Assembly: GCA_017477125.1 (NCBI GenBank) | Contig: JAFUXN010000014.1 | Coordinates: forward strand, 1,872-65,871 | Source of the DNA: Selenomonadaceae bacterium | GTDB taxonomy: Bacteria; Bacillota; Negativicutes; Selenomonadales; Selenomonadaceae | Length of the DNA: 64,000 nucleotides | Direction of reading: 5' to 3' | Shown here: positions 18,791 to 27,859 of the stretch, piece by piece | Layout: every line of letters starts with the position of its first letter | How positions within the stretch are numbered: position 1 is the first letter of the stretch | The notes under the pieces: generated by a model | What the model was told of the DNA's origin: nothing | Database searches by the model: none | What the model saw: only the letters and a program-made list of their open reading frames with translations | Translations under genes and position numbers: made by a program

Positions 18791-21700
18791 TGTTGATTGC
18801 CTCCTCGATTGAACCGATGATGTCGTCGGTGCCCTTGGTGAGGCGGGCGGCGCGTTGAAGATCGGCGAGCTTCTCTGCGCCCGATTGACGGTTGGGGTTG
18901 GGTGCCAAAAATTTTTCATCGTCAGCGTCGACGGGAGCGGGCTCAATAATTTTTTCTTCGGCGGCGGGAGCGGGCGGCGCAATTTTATTTTCGATCCGTT
19001 GAAGGGCGTCGGCGTCGTCCCAATTCGGCACGAACAGCCAATTTTTGGAGTTGGGCTCGAAACCGCACATCGCTTTGAACTCGCAGAACATGCAACCGTT
19101 ACTCTTATCGTCCTTCTTGAACGGTCGAGCGCTGATCTCTCCGCCGAGCATCTTCTCGCCGATATGCCCGAAGATCGATCGAACATAGCTCATCAAATGC
19201 TCAAGCTCGTCCGCCGTCTTGACGTTGGTCGTCCGACTGAATGAGCCGTCCTTATTGATCCCCGCGCGAATGAATTGCATGGTGCTGTCGATCTTGTTGA
19301 CCACCGACGCATCGCGCAACATCATCCCGATCATTCGAAGGTCTTTATCGATCGCCGCGCGCCCTTCCTCCTCCGTCGTGCCGCCCTCGACCGCCTTCAT
19401 CGGGTTGCGCAACAGAAAGTAAAACATGCCCGCCGGTTGCTTGTCGCTCAACAGTTCGTCAGACACCAACAGATATGTCAGCAGCTGAAGGTTGAGCCCG
19501 AAGTAGAAATCGACGGCGTTGAGCGCCACGCTCGAGCTCGTCTTGTAATCCATGATCAGGAAATAATTCTGCGCCTCGTCGACGTCGATCCGATCGATCC
19601 GTCCGTTGAGCTCCAGCGTCGCACCGTTGAGCTTATGCCTCAATTGCAATTCGCTGTCTCGACCGAATGACGTTTCGAGTTTCAGCGGGTGGAATTTGCT
19701 CACGCGATCGAGCTCGATCAATCGATGCAAACTCTCCGACGCCAGCCGACGTATCCGCTCAAGTTGATACTCGTAAGCCTGCGTGCTCTTCATCAGCCGA
19801 TTGTGCAGACGCGGCGCCACCTCGTCGATCAGCTCGTCGACGATCGATTGCAATTCGAAATCGGCGACGTCGCCCCAATGCCGATTCTCGCTTTGCATGC
19901 GCTCGCCGAACTTTTTAAGGATCGCGTGGAGAATGTTGCCGACGTCGGGCGGACGAAATTTCCATTCGCGCCGCTCCTCCAATCGAAGTCCGTACCGCGC
20001 AAAGTGTTTGAACGGGCATGACATGAAATTTTCAAAGCGGCTCACGCTCCCGCTCAACTTCGACCGTCGAGCGAACAACCGTCTTGCCGTCGACGGAGCC
20101 AATTTCATTTCGCCGACCGTCGGCTCGCGTTGCTCCTCGGGACTGAGCACGTCGATCGGCACAAATTTTTTCTCGACCGTCGGCAACAATTTTAGCAAGC
20201 GATCGAGCAACGACGACGCTTTCATCGCCTTGCCCTCGGCGTCCGCCAACGGATATGATACGTACAGATATTCGCTCGCCTCCGTCAGCCCGCGGTACAG
20301 CAAAAATTTTTCCGCCAAGCTGCTTTCGAGCCCGCCCAACGATATTTCCAAGCCCAAATCTCTCAAGTGCAATCGATCGGCGTCGGTGAATAAGCCCTTC
20401 TCCGTCGAGCGACGCGGCATCAATCCGTCGCTGAATCCCAAAATGTAGATCGCCCGCGCATTCTGCAACGAGTTCTGATCGAATTGAGCAAGCGTCACCT
20501 CGTCGAGACCGGGCGGGATCAGCGACACCTTCAACGAATCGAGCCCCTCATTGATCAGTGCCTCGAAATCCTTCAGCGTGATCGGCTCGTCGCCCAACGC
20601 CTCCGCAAACTGCTCGAGCATCGTCGTCACGTCGTCCCAAATCTTGAGATGTTCCCTCGACAACGCAAGGTCGCCCGCCTCCTGCGCCGCCTTCGACCAA
20701 CCGCTCAACGTCTCATACACGTTCAGGCTTTCGAGCAGCTCATATAAAACTTCCGCGCGGAGTTTGATCGTCTTGGCGTCGCGCAACCGATCGTAGAGCG
20801 TCGACAGCGGTTCGATAATCTGCCGACGAATTTGATCAGTCGTCTCCGAGCGTTTGAGCTGCCACGCCGATTGCTCGTCGAGATCATCATCGACCTCACG
20901 ACGGTGCCACGTCCAAGGCTCCTCCTGCGTCCACTTCTTCTTGCCCCGAACTCCAAACTCGATCGCGTAGTTCTCAAGGTAGTCAACATCATCGCGCTTG
21001 ACATTAAAAAATCCCGTTCGAAGGCAACGGAAGATCGCCTCCGACTTCCAACTCTGCATTTCGAGCGCGGATCGTATGAGCTCCGCCAACGGGTGGTGCG
21101 CGCCGGCGCGTTTGGCGTCATTGAAATAATTGATGCGGTACTTCTCGAATACCGGCTTGATCAGATCGGCGTAAGTGTCATCGCGCAACAGCACTCCGAT
21201 CTCCCGAGGTCGATAGTGCTCCCGATCGATCAGCCGTCTGATCTCGCGCGCAAGCATCTCAACCTCAACCCGACGGCTCGCCGCCTCGATCACCTTCACG
21301 CCCTTGAGCTCCCGATCCAATTTCGCATTCGACGGCGGGAATTTTAATAAGTCTCGTTCAAGCAATCGAAGGGCATCGGATTTAAATCGCAACGGCTCGG
21401 CGAGGCGGGTCACCTTCACATCGAGCGACAGCTCCGCCGCCAATTTTTTGAGCATCGAAAATGTTTGGTACGCTCGATGAAACATGCCAAGCTCCCGACG
21501 ATTTTCGTTGGCGTCGAGCGTCGTCTCCATGGTCAACGTGATGTGCACGTTCCGCGCCGACGACATCAACGCTCGGATCAGATTGCGCTGTTGAGGGTCG
21601 AAGAAGATGAACCCGTCGATGAACACGTCGGCATCTCTGATCTCAACCGATTGCTTAATCATCTCGGCGGCGAGCTCGAGCACGTCTTCATCATCGGTCT

Positions 21701-22211
21701 TCTTGCCCTCGATCAATTGTTTGAAGTCGTCGGCAAGCGTCGCCAGATCGGTCACCTTGTCGGCAAGCTCGTCATCGGTCTCGAATGTCAACTCCCTCAA
21801 CGCGTCGGGATCAATCGAATATGATCGCAACTCCTTCAACTGTTCGGCGAGCGTCTCACTGAAGCCGCGTTGTTTTGCCGCCTTCGCAAAGTATTTCAGT
21901 TGCTCGCGCTTGTTGCGTTCGATCAGAATTTTTTTGAGCAGGAGCCGACGCCCGATATCGGTCAAGCGCGGAATGATCGAGCCGCCGACCTCCGACAAAA
22001 TTTGTTGAGCAAACCGTTGAAAGCTGAGCACGTAAGTGTTGAGCGAGCCGCCCGTTTGCATCGCCAGCTCCCGCTCGAGCTTATAAGTCATGTACGCCGG
22101 CACGAGAAGGTATTGCCGTTCGAGCGGCGTGCCTTTGATCAACGCCGACAGTTGCGCGAGACAATTGAACGTCTTGCCGACGCCCGCCCTCCCGATTATC
22201 AATTCAAGCAT
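18777..22211 (-). CDS. addB: Helicase-nuclease AddAB, subunit B
   Basis: 1144 aa. N-terminal IIGRAGVGKT, and a C-terminal PD-(D/E)XK nuclease with cysteine cluster (CPFKHF ... CMFCEFKAMCGF). Confidence 0.85.
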   Translation of the reverse strand: MLELIIGRAGVGKTFNCLAQLSALIKGTPLERQYLLVPAYMTYKLERELAMQTGGSLNTYVLSFQRFAQQILSEVGGSIIPRLTDIGRRLLLKKILIERNKREQLKYFAKAAKQRGFSETLAEQLKELRSYSIDPDALRELTFETDDELADKVTDLATLADDFKQLIEGKKTDDEDVLELAAEMIKQSVEIRDADVFIDGFIFFDPQQRNLIRALMSSARNVHITLTMETTLDANENRRELGMFHRAYQTFSMLKKLAAELSLDVKVTRLAEPLRFKSDALRLLERDLLKFPPSNAKLDRELKGVKVIEAASRRVEVEMLAREIRRLIDREHYRPREIGVLLRDDTYADLIKPVFEKYRINYFNDAKRAGAHHPLAELIRSALEMQSWKSEAIFRCLRTGFFNVKRDDVDYLENYAIEFGVRGKKKWTQEEPWTWHRREVDDDLDEQSAWQLKRSETTDQIRRQIIEPLSTLYDRLRDAKTIKLRAEVLYELLESLNVYETLSGWSKAAQEAGDLALSREHLKIWDDVTTMLEQFAEALGDEPITLKDFEALINEGLDSLKVSLIPPGLDEVTLAQFDQNSLQNARAIYILGFSDGLMPRRSTEKGLFTDADRLHLRDLGLEISLGGLESSLAEKFLLYRGLTEASEYLYVSYPLADAEGKAMKASSLLDRLLKLLPTVEKKFVPIDVLSPEEQREPTVGEMKLAPSTARRLFARRSKLSGSVSRFENFMSCPFKHFARYGLRLEERREWKFRPPDVGNILHAILKKFGERMQSENRHWGDVADFELQSIVDELIDEVAPRLHNRLMKSTQAYEYQLERIRRLASESLHRLIELDRVSKFHPLKLETSFGRDSELQLRHKLNGATLELNGRIDRIDVDEAQNYFLIMDYKTSSSVALNAVDFYFGLNLQLLTYLLVSDELLSDKQPAGMFYFLLRNPMKAVEGGTTEEEGRAAIDKDLRMIGMMLRDASVVNKIDSTMQFIRAGINKDGSFSRTTNVKTADELEHLMSYVRSIFGHIGEKMLGGEISARPFKKDDKSNGCMFCEFKAMCGFEPNSKNWLFVPNWDDADALQRIENKIAPPAPAAEEKIIEPAPVDADDEKFLAPNPNRQSGAEKLADLQRAARLTKGTDDIIGSIEEAINNDRK

Positions 22212-22220
22212 CGTCTCACC

Positions 22221-23051
22221 TCAATCGAGTGTCGTCAGAAACTCTTCGAACGGCAACCCATGATTCCACGGCAATTCGAGCGCCTCCGCATACTCGATGC
22301 ATCTTGACACGAACCGCGCGGATTTTCGAACGGCGTCGACGAGATCGATCCCGTTGAGGAGATTGCCGGCGAGCACCGCAAAGAACGCATCGCCCGTTCC
22401 CGATCGATCCGAGCCGATCCGATCGACCATCACCAGATTGATCTTGCCCTTGTCGTAAACAAAGTTGGCGAGCGACGAACCGTCGTCGAAGTCGAGATTG
22501 ACGCCGGTGATCACCACACGACGCCCGCGAGTTTGCGCCGCAATGTTGCCCGCCAGCGTCGCCAGCTTTGAATCGGAGATCACACCGTCGGCGGGATAAT
22601 GAATGCCGAGCAGTTCGCACGCTTCGGTGAGGTTGGGCGTGACGAGATCGGCGGTCGAAAGCAGGCTCCTCATCTCGACGCACATTTGACGAGTGTATGA
22701 CGCATAAATTTTTCCGTCGTCGCCCATCACGGGATCGATCATGATCTGACTGTCGTTCGAACGCTCGATGAACCGCTTGACGATCTCAATCTGATCGACC
22801 GAGCCGAGAAATCCCGTCGCAACCGCGTCGAACATCAACCGATTGCGCTCCCAACTGTCGATGTAAGCGGGCATGCGATCGGTGAAGTCGTCGAGGAAAT
22901 AATTTTCGAAGCCGGTGTGCACGGAGAGGATCGCGGTCGGCAGCGGACAGACTTGAATCTTGAGCGCCGACAGGATCGGCAATTCGATCGTGACCGAGCA
23001 TCGTCCGAAGCCCGTGAAGTCGTTTATGAGTGCGATGCGTTTTTGTCTCAA
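22221..23051 (-). CDS. Pyridoxal/pyridoxamine kinase (ribokinase-like fold)
   Basis: IALINDFTGFGRCS, DPVMGDDGKIY, LVTPNLTEA and SGTGDAF fit the PdxK/PdxY family. Confidence 0.8.
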   Translation of the reverse strand: MRQKRIALINDFTGFGRCSVTIELPILSALKIQVCPLPTAILSVHTGFENYFLDDFTDRMPAYIDSWERNRLMFDAVATGFLGSVDQIEIVKRFIERSNDSQIMIDPVMGDDGKIYASYTRQMCVEMRSLLSTADLVTPNLTEACELLGIHYPADGVISDSKLATLAGNIAAQTRGRRVVITGVNLDFDDGSSLANFVYDKGKINLVMVDRIGSDRSGTGDAFFAVLAGNLLNGIDLVDAVRKSARFVSRCIEYAEALELPWNHGLPFEEFLTTLD

Positions 23052-23055
23052 CGTG

Positions 23056-23496
23056 TCAATCCCTGCCCTCCAAACGTTTTTGCGCCATCGCTTTGAACTC
23101 GTCGTTGGCGTAATTTACGAACGGCTCAATGGCGATCCCTCCGCGGACGGCGAAATGCCCGACGATCTCCAAATATCTCGGCGCGAGCAGTTTGATCAGA
23201 TCGTCGGCGATGATGTTGATGACGTCCTCGTGGAAAGTGCCGCAGTTACGAAAGCTCGTGAGGTAGAGCTTGAGCGATTTACTCTCGACGAGTTTTTGAT
23301 CGGGAATGTAATTGATCTCGAGCCGCGCGTAATCGGGCTGATGAGTGATCGGACACACGCACGTGAACTCTTCGCAATTGAGCTTGATGAAATAATTCCG
23401 CGCGGAGTTTTTATTGTCGATCGCCTCGAGCACGGCGGGATTATAATCGAAAGCATAATCCGTTTGACGTCCGAGGCTCTTAAAATTGTTTTGCAT
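23056..23496 (-). CDS. queF: NADPH-dependent 7-cyano-7-deazaguanine reductase
   Basis: Trimmed to the ATG at 23494-23496 (AGGAGG RBS). EFTCVCPITHQPDYA, ESKSLKLYL and FHED motifs. The discarded N-terminal 66 codons lie in repeats. Confidence 0.9.
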   Translation of the reverse strand: MQNNFKSLGRQTDYAFDYNPAVLEAIDNKNSARNYFIKLNCEEFTCVCPITHQPDYARLEINYIPDQKLVESKSLKLYLTSFRNCGTFHEDVINIIADDLIKLLAPRYLEIVGHFAVRGGIAIEPFVNYANDEFKAMAQKRLEGRD

Positions 23497-23536
23497 TGCT
23501 CCTCCTAAAAAATTTTTATCCCGCCCACCCGCCCAT

Positions 23537-23759
23537 GAAGGCTGACGCCTTCGACCGTTGGGGGCATTGAAGGCTGACGCCTTCGACCGTTGGGGGCATT
23601 GAAGGCTGACACCTTCGACCAATCCTATACAAGGTTCTGAAGGGACTACGCCCTTCGACCCAAACAGTTTTAAAGGCTCATGCCTTTCGACCACAATAGT
23701 TTTGATCGTTGACAGAGGGAAGGGCGATTCGCCACGTGAGCAGGCGGGCGCCCGTTTTT
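23537..23759. repeat. Palindromic repeat cluster of the same family as at 3.3-3.7 kb and 7.9-8.3 kb
   Basis: GAAGGCTGACGCCTTCGACC occurs at 23537, 23569 and 23601 (32-bp period). Diverged copies lie at 23639-23660 and 23672-23692. The large hairpin AAGGGCGATTCGCCACGTGAGCAGGCGGGCGCCCGTTTTT follows at 23720-23759. The whole cluster is preceded by AAAAAATTTTTATCCCGCCCACCCGCCC (23508-23534). Confidence 0.8.
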
Positions 23760-23885
23760 CCCCGTCGCCCCTATTGGGGCTTAACCCATCGTCTTACCGG
23801 TGGCAGTCGACGACTCGCTTAAGCGGTATATCGTAGACGGGCGCCCGTTCTTTCATCGTCCCCCGCGACCGCTCCCGAGTGGGGA

Positions 23886-26729
23886 TCAATTATCGAAGCC
23901 GTTGAGCTTGAGCAGCAGAAATTCCTCCTCATCTTTGCTCAGCACTTGCCCTTGGATCAGTTTCTTCACGACCGATTGCATCTTGAACAGTCGGCGCTTT
24001 TCGTCCGAACTGAAGTACACATTCATCTCCTCGAGCGTGCGCAACGCCTCGTCGATCGAGTCGTCTTTGATGTCGTTATCCGTCCGTCGATCGCATATCC
24101 AACCCAACGCCAGCACACAACAGATCAGTTCGTCGACCGACAGGCGCAGGTTGAGGATCGCATCGCACAACTCGCTCACCACGACATTCTTATCGACTCG
24201 CGTTTTCGTCTGACGCCCGTCGAGATAAAACGCCAGCCCGATCGAGTACGAACTGAATTGGATATTGCTCTTCATGCCGCGCTTGAGGATCACCACGTCG
24301 CGCTTGAAACAATCGTAAATCCAATCGATCTGCGTCTTGGTCTTGGCGTGAGTGTAGAGACAAGCGTTGAGATATCGATCGTCCGAATGCAACCGCTCCA
24401 ATTGATTTAACTGCTCCGTCGACGCGCACATGCTCATCGCGAAGATCGCTTGCATTTTTGTATTGGTGCTCGCCGACGAACTCCAATAATCCCTGAGATT
24501 GATCCCTTGAAGATCGCTGTCGAGCTGCAACATGCATTCGGTTGCCAGCCGACGCTTCTGATCTTCCGTCCAAGCGCTGCCGATCTTGCGCGCGATGATG
24601 AAACATCTCTGCTTGAACTCGTTGCTCCTCGTGCCGGAGATCATTCGAAGGATCGGAGCGGCGAAGTCGGCGACATTGCCCGCGGTGCACACGCTGTTGA
24701 CCAACGTTCTGATCTCCTTGGCGATGGCTGATTTCTTTGCGACAAACGATTTGCCGTAGAGATTTTCGTAGTTTCGACAGAGCTGTTCGATGTTGTTGAG
24801 CACCGCCTCGGGCTTGAGGTTGGTGCCGACGCGCGGAATGATCTTATTCTTCTTGTCGGTGCTGAAGTCGTTATGAATCGAAATGTCAACGCGCCCCTGC
24901 TCGAGCACTTGAGTGCCGTCGACATCGTTGCACGTCCACGCCTCCATCGTGATCACTTTCGAGCTCGCCATGTACACTCGAAACGCAACGTAAGCGCCAT
25001 CGGGATATTTGCGCGTGAAGACGATATTGCCGCGCGCGATCACCCGATAGGTGCTGTCGATGTTGCGGCTCAAGATCGGGATCGTGATCTGCTTGTAATT
25101 GGGCATCAGCTTAAAGCCCTTCATCATCTCCGACGTGTAAGGCAGTTCGGCGCCCGACGGAATGATCTTGACCTGCGTATCGTTCTTGGTCGCGAGGTAG
25201 AGGCTATCGTTGAGAATGTTCCTGCCCCATTCGATCGACAGCGGCGCCTTGAGCAGAGTAGCTCCGTCGTCGGACTCGAATTTTTTGTCGGCGGCGCTCT
25301 TTGCGGAATCGGTATCGCCGACCATGCGCATGTCGTCCTTGATCTCTTCGAAGCGGTGAAGGTAGTAGTGATAGACGGCGGCGCCTCTGGCGACTGCTTG
25401 ATCGGGATCGAGCGCGACGATCGGATCGAACCCGAAGAATTGTTTGAGGCGATCGGTGATCATATAGAACTTCGACATGCCGCCGTTCATGATCACCGCG
25501 TCGATCACAATTTTATCGGTCTTGAGCTTGTCCGCCGCCTTGTTGAGCACGTCCAGGATCGGATAGATGATGTTGCGCGTATTGTTGTCGCCGGTCAGCT
25601 CGTCGAGTTTTTTGTAGTCGTCGAAGGTCAAATGCGTGCCCATGAACGGGCTCAAAATCTCCTCGATCTCCTCAACCGTGAAGGTATCGTCGTAAGCGTA
25701 GCCGGTCGAACTGATGTTGCCGCCGATGGGGAAATCGTTATCCTCCTCGTCCTCGTCCCAGCCCGACGAAACGATGTCCTCATTCTTGCGATCGCTGAGC
25801 TCGAGCTTAAGTTCCTCGGCGTAGACGAGCAGTTGAGGCATGATCGTCTTCTTCTCCCGACGGAGCTTATTGACGATCTCGGTGTGGCGCTCGTGCTGCT
25901 TGACGTACCGACGAAACATCGCTTCGGCGATCGCTTGATCAAAGTCGTCGCCGCCGAGCAGAGTATAACGGTTGGTGGCGATCTCCTCGACCTTAAGAAT
26001 TTCTTTTGAGCGATCGCGCCGCTCGATCGAATGAAGAGTGATATCGAGCGTGCCGCCGCCGAGATCGAACACCATCACGTGCCGCTTCTTGCTGAGGTCG
26101 AGCACGTTGGCGGGAATTTCTCCGTTGTGAGCCTGATTGATGAAATCGTAGATGACGGCGTTGGGCTCGCTCAACAGCACGGGACGTTCAGACTCGTCGG
26201 CGTTTTTGATCTTGATGCCTGCGATCTCCGCCGCGTCTCTTGTCGCTCGACACATGCTTGAATCGAAATTTGCCGGCACGGTTATGACCGCATCATCGAT
26301 TTTGGTTCTGAAGATGCGTTCGGCGTGACGGAGCATGTGTTCGAGGATCCGCGCGGAGATTTGAGCGGGAGTTTTATCGGGGACTTCGGGGGCGAGTCCG
26401 GTTGCAAACTCTCGCCCCATCTGGCTCTTGATCGATTTGGCGACCAAGTGCGGTCTGACCGAGTAACGTTTCTTGGCAAAATCGCCGACCACCGTTTTAT
26501 AATGATGCTCGTCGTCGTAGTAGACGCACGAGGGCAGAGTGGGTTTTCGTTGAGTATTAAACTTCGCGCCTTCGACGACGGTATAAGTGTCGACCGCGCG
26601 AGGAATTTCCACCACCTTGCTTATGATATCTCCATTGAGCTTGACATTTATGATCGACAGCACGGAATTTGTCGTGCCCAGGTCGATCCCGACGCACAGG
26701 TCGTTGTGTTCTTCTCCTTTAATATTCAT
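23886..26729 (-). CDS. Hsp70-family ATPase with substrate-binding-like beta domain and a long helical C-terminal extension
   Basis: 947 aa. The actin-like NBD motifs are intact: VGIDLGTTNS, AVITVPANFD, EPNAVIYDF, VFDLGGGTLDI, LGGDDFD and MNGGMSKF...DPDQAVARGAA. About 130 aa of beta-rich sequence follow, then about 300 aa that look like helical repeats and have no DnaK counterpart. Confidence 0.8.
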   Translation of the reverse strand: MNIKGEEHNDLCVGIDLGTTNSVLSIINVKLNGDIISKVVEIPRAVDTYTVVEGAKFNTQRKPTLPSCVYYDDEHHYKTVVGDFAKKRYSVRPHLVAKSIKSQMGREFATGLAPEVPDKTPAQISARILEHMLRHAERIFRTKIDDAVITVPANFDSSMCRATRDAAEIAGIKIKNADESERPVLLSEPNAVIYDFINQAHNGEIPANVLDLSKKRHVMVFDLGGGTLDITLHSIERRDRSKEILKVEEIATNRYTLLGGDDFDQAIAEAMFRRYVKQHERHTEIVNKLRREKKTIMPQLLVYAEELKLELSDRKNEDIVSSGWDEDEEDNDFPIGGNISSTGYAYDDTFTVEEIEEILSPFMGTHLTFDDYKKLDELTGDNNTRNIIYPILDVLNKAADKLKTDKIVIDAVIMNGGMSKFYMITDRLKQFFGFDPIVALDPDQAVARGAAVYHYYLHRFEEIKDDMRMVGDTDSAKSAADKKFESDDGATLLKAPLSIEWGRNILNDSLYLATKNDTQVKIIPSGAELPYTSEMMKGFKLMPNYKQITIPILSRNIDSTYRVIARGNIVFTRKYPDGAYVAFRVYMASSKVITMEAWTCNDVDGTQVLEQGRVDISIHNDFSTDKKNKIIPRVGTNLKPEAVLNNIEQLCRNYENLYGKSFVAKKSAIAKEIRTLVNSVCTAGNVADFAAPILRMISGTRSNEFKQRCFIIARKIGSAWTEDQKRRLATECMLQLDSDLQGINLRDYWSSSASTNTKMQAIFAMSMCASTEQLNQLERLHSDDRYLNACLYTHAKTKTQIDWIYDCFKRDVVILKRGMKSNIQFSSYSIGLAFYLDGRQTKTRVDKNVVVSELCDAILNLRLSVDELICCVLALGWICDRRTDNDIKDDSIDEALRTLEEMNVYFSSDEKRRLFKMQSVVKKLIQGQVLSKDEEEFLLLKLNGFDN

Positions 26730-26750
26730 GGGCTGCCTCCAAATTTTAAT

Positions 26751-27839
26751 TTAATCATCGTCTCCGAGCTCCTTGATCTTTGGTCGAGCAATTTGAATAT
26801 CCTTGTCGGTATAAATCCAACCGGGGGAGATGACGCGAACGATCTTCTCATCGTCCTTGTCGGCGAAGGGCGTGCCCTCGTAGTCGCAGAACTCTATATC
26901 GGATGCCTTGACGATCTTCTCATCGTCGAGCTTCATGATCGGATTGATGTGACTGTCCTTGACGAACTGGATCAATTTCTGCGTGATGATGAACAGCCCG
27001 CTGAGTTCGGGCGGCAATTCGTAGTGATTTTTTTTGAGAGTGTTGACCCCCTTCCTGACGCTCAACAGCCCGTCGAGAATGCAACCGTACTTCTCCGAGT
27101 TGAGGCGCGAGAAAAATTCGGTGAGCTCCTTGGTTTTGCTCTCGAGCAGAGACTCTTCGAACTCGTCTTGGAGTGCTTGAGTGAGCCGCTCGTTGCGCTC
27201 GAGCAGAGTTTTCAACCGTTCGATCTCGTAGCTTGCATCTTCGACGGCGGATTTGGATTTCGTTCCTCTCGACGGACGTTTGAGCGCACCGCAATATCGG
27301 GCAAGCGCGTCGGTGAGATCGTCGAGGAAATCATTGGCGTACGCGTTTTTGAAGTGCTCGAGCAGTTTGAGATCGTCATAGATGTCGAGCTCGGGATGCT
27401 TGCAATAGATCATCAACACGCCGATCCGTTCCTGCAGTTTATAACGCGATCCCTCCTGAGTGAGCACGTCGGTCTTGCGATGATTTTTAAAGCGCATGAA
27501 GTCGTCGGGGTCGGCGCTGTTGAGCGCTTGGAGCAAGAGCTTGGCAAGTTCGTCCGCCCAATCGAGCAGTTCGCGACGTTTCTGTCGATGCGAGATGTGG
27601 AACTTCCTGAACTGGCGAATGATGTCATAGCCGCGCAAATCGGTGCCGACGGCTTCATTGAGTTTCTCTGCGTACTCGCGCGGTTCACCGTCGGCGTTGA
27701 GGCAGATGATCCCGAACAATTGATTTTCGCGAATGACGTCCTCATCAACGTAATCGCTCGCCTTCTGATATTTTTGTTTGACGCAACCATGCACGTCGGA
27801 CAAAAATCTTCGCACCTTGTCGCTTTTAAAATCTATCAA
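26751..27839 (-). CDS. Hypothetical protein, GrpE-like C-terminus (tentative)
   Basis: 362 aa with a long coiled-coil middle. The C-terminal EGTPFADKDDEKIVRVISPGWIYTDKDIQIARPKIKE resembles the GrpE beta-domain pattern (FDP..H....V..v..GY......R.A.V.V). The call is by eye only. Confidence 0.4.
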   Translation of the reverse strand: MIDFKSDKVRRFLSDVHGCVKQKYQKASDYVDEDVIRENQLFGIICLNADGEPREYAEKLNEAVGTDLRGYDIIRQFRKFHISHRQKRRELLDWADELAKLLLQALNSADPDDFMRFKNHRKTDVLTQEGSRYKLQERIGVLMIYCKHPELDIYDDLKLLEHFKNAYANDFLDDLTDALARYCGALKRPSRGTKSKSAVEDASYEIERLKTLLERNERLTQALQDEFEESLLESKTKELTEFFSRLNSEKYGCILDGLLSVRKGVNTLKKNHYELPPELSGLFIITQKLIQFVKDSHINPIMKLDDEKIVKASDIEFCDYEGTPFADKDDEKIVRVISPGWIYTDKDIQIARPKIKELGDDD

Positions 27840-27859
27840 TGCATTACACTCCTTTGTGA

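Noticed and set aside
23497-23560. preQ1 riboswitch upstream of queF
   Set aside because: The minus-strand leader reads GGGCGGGTGGGCGGGATAAAAATTTTTTAGGAGG. The G-rich segment has no complementary arm to form P1, and the sequence does not resemble the class I or class II consensus I remember.
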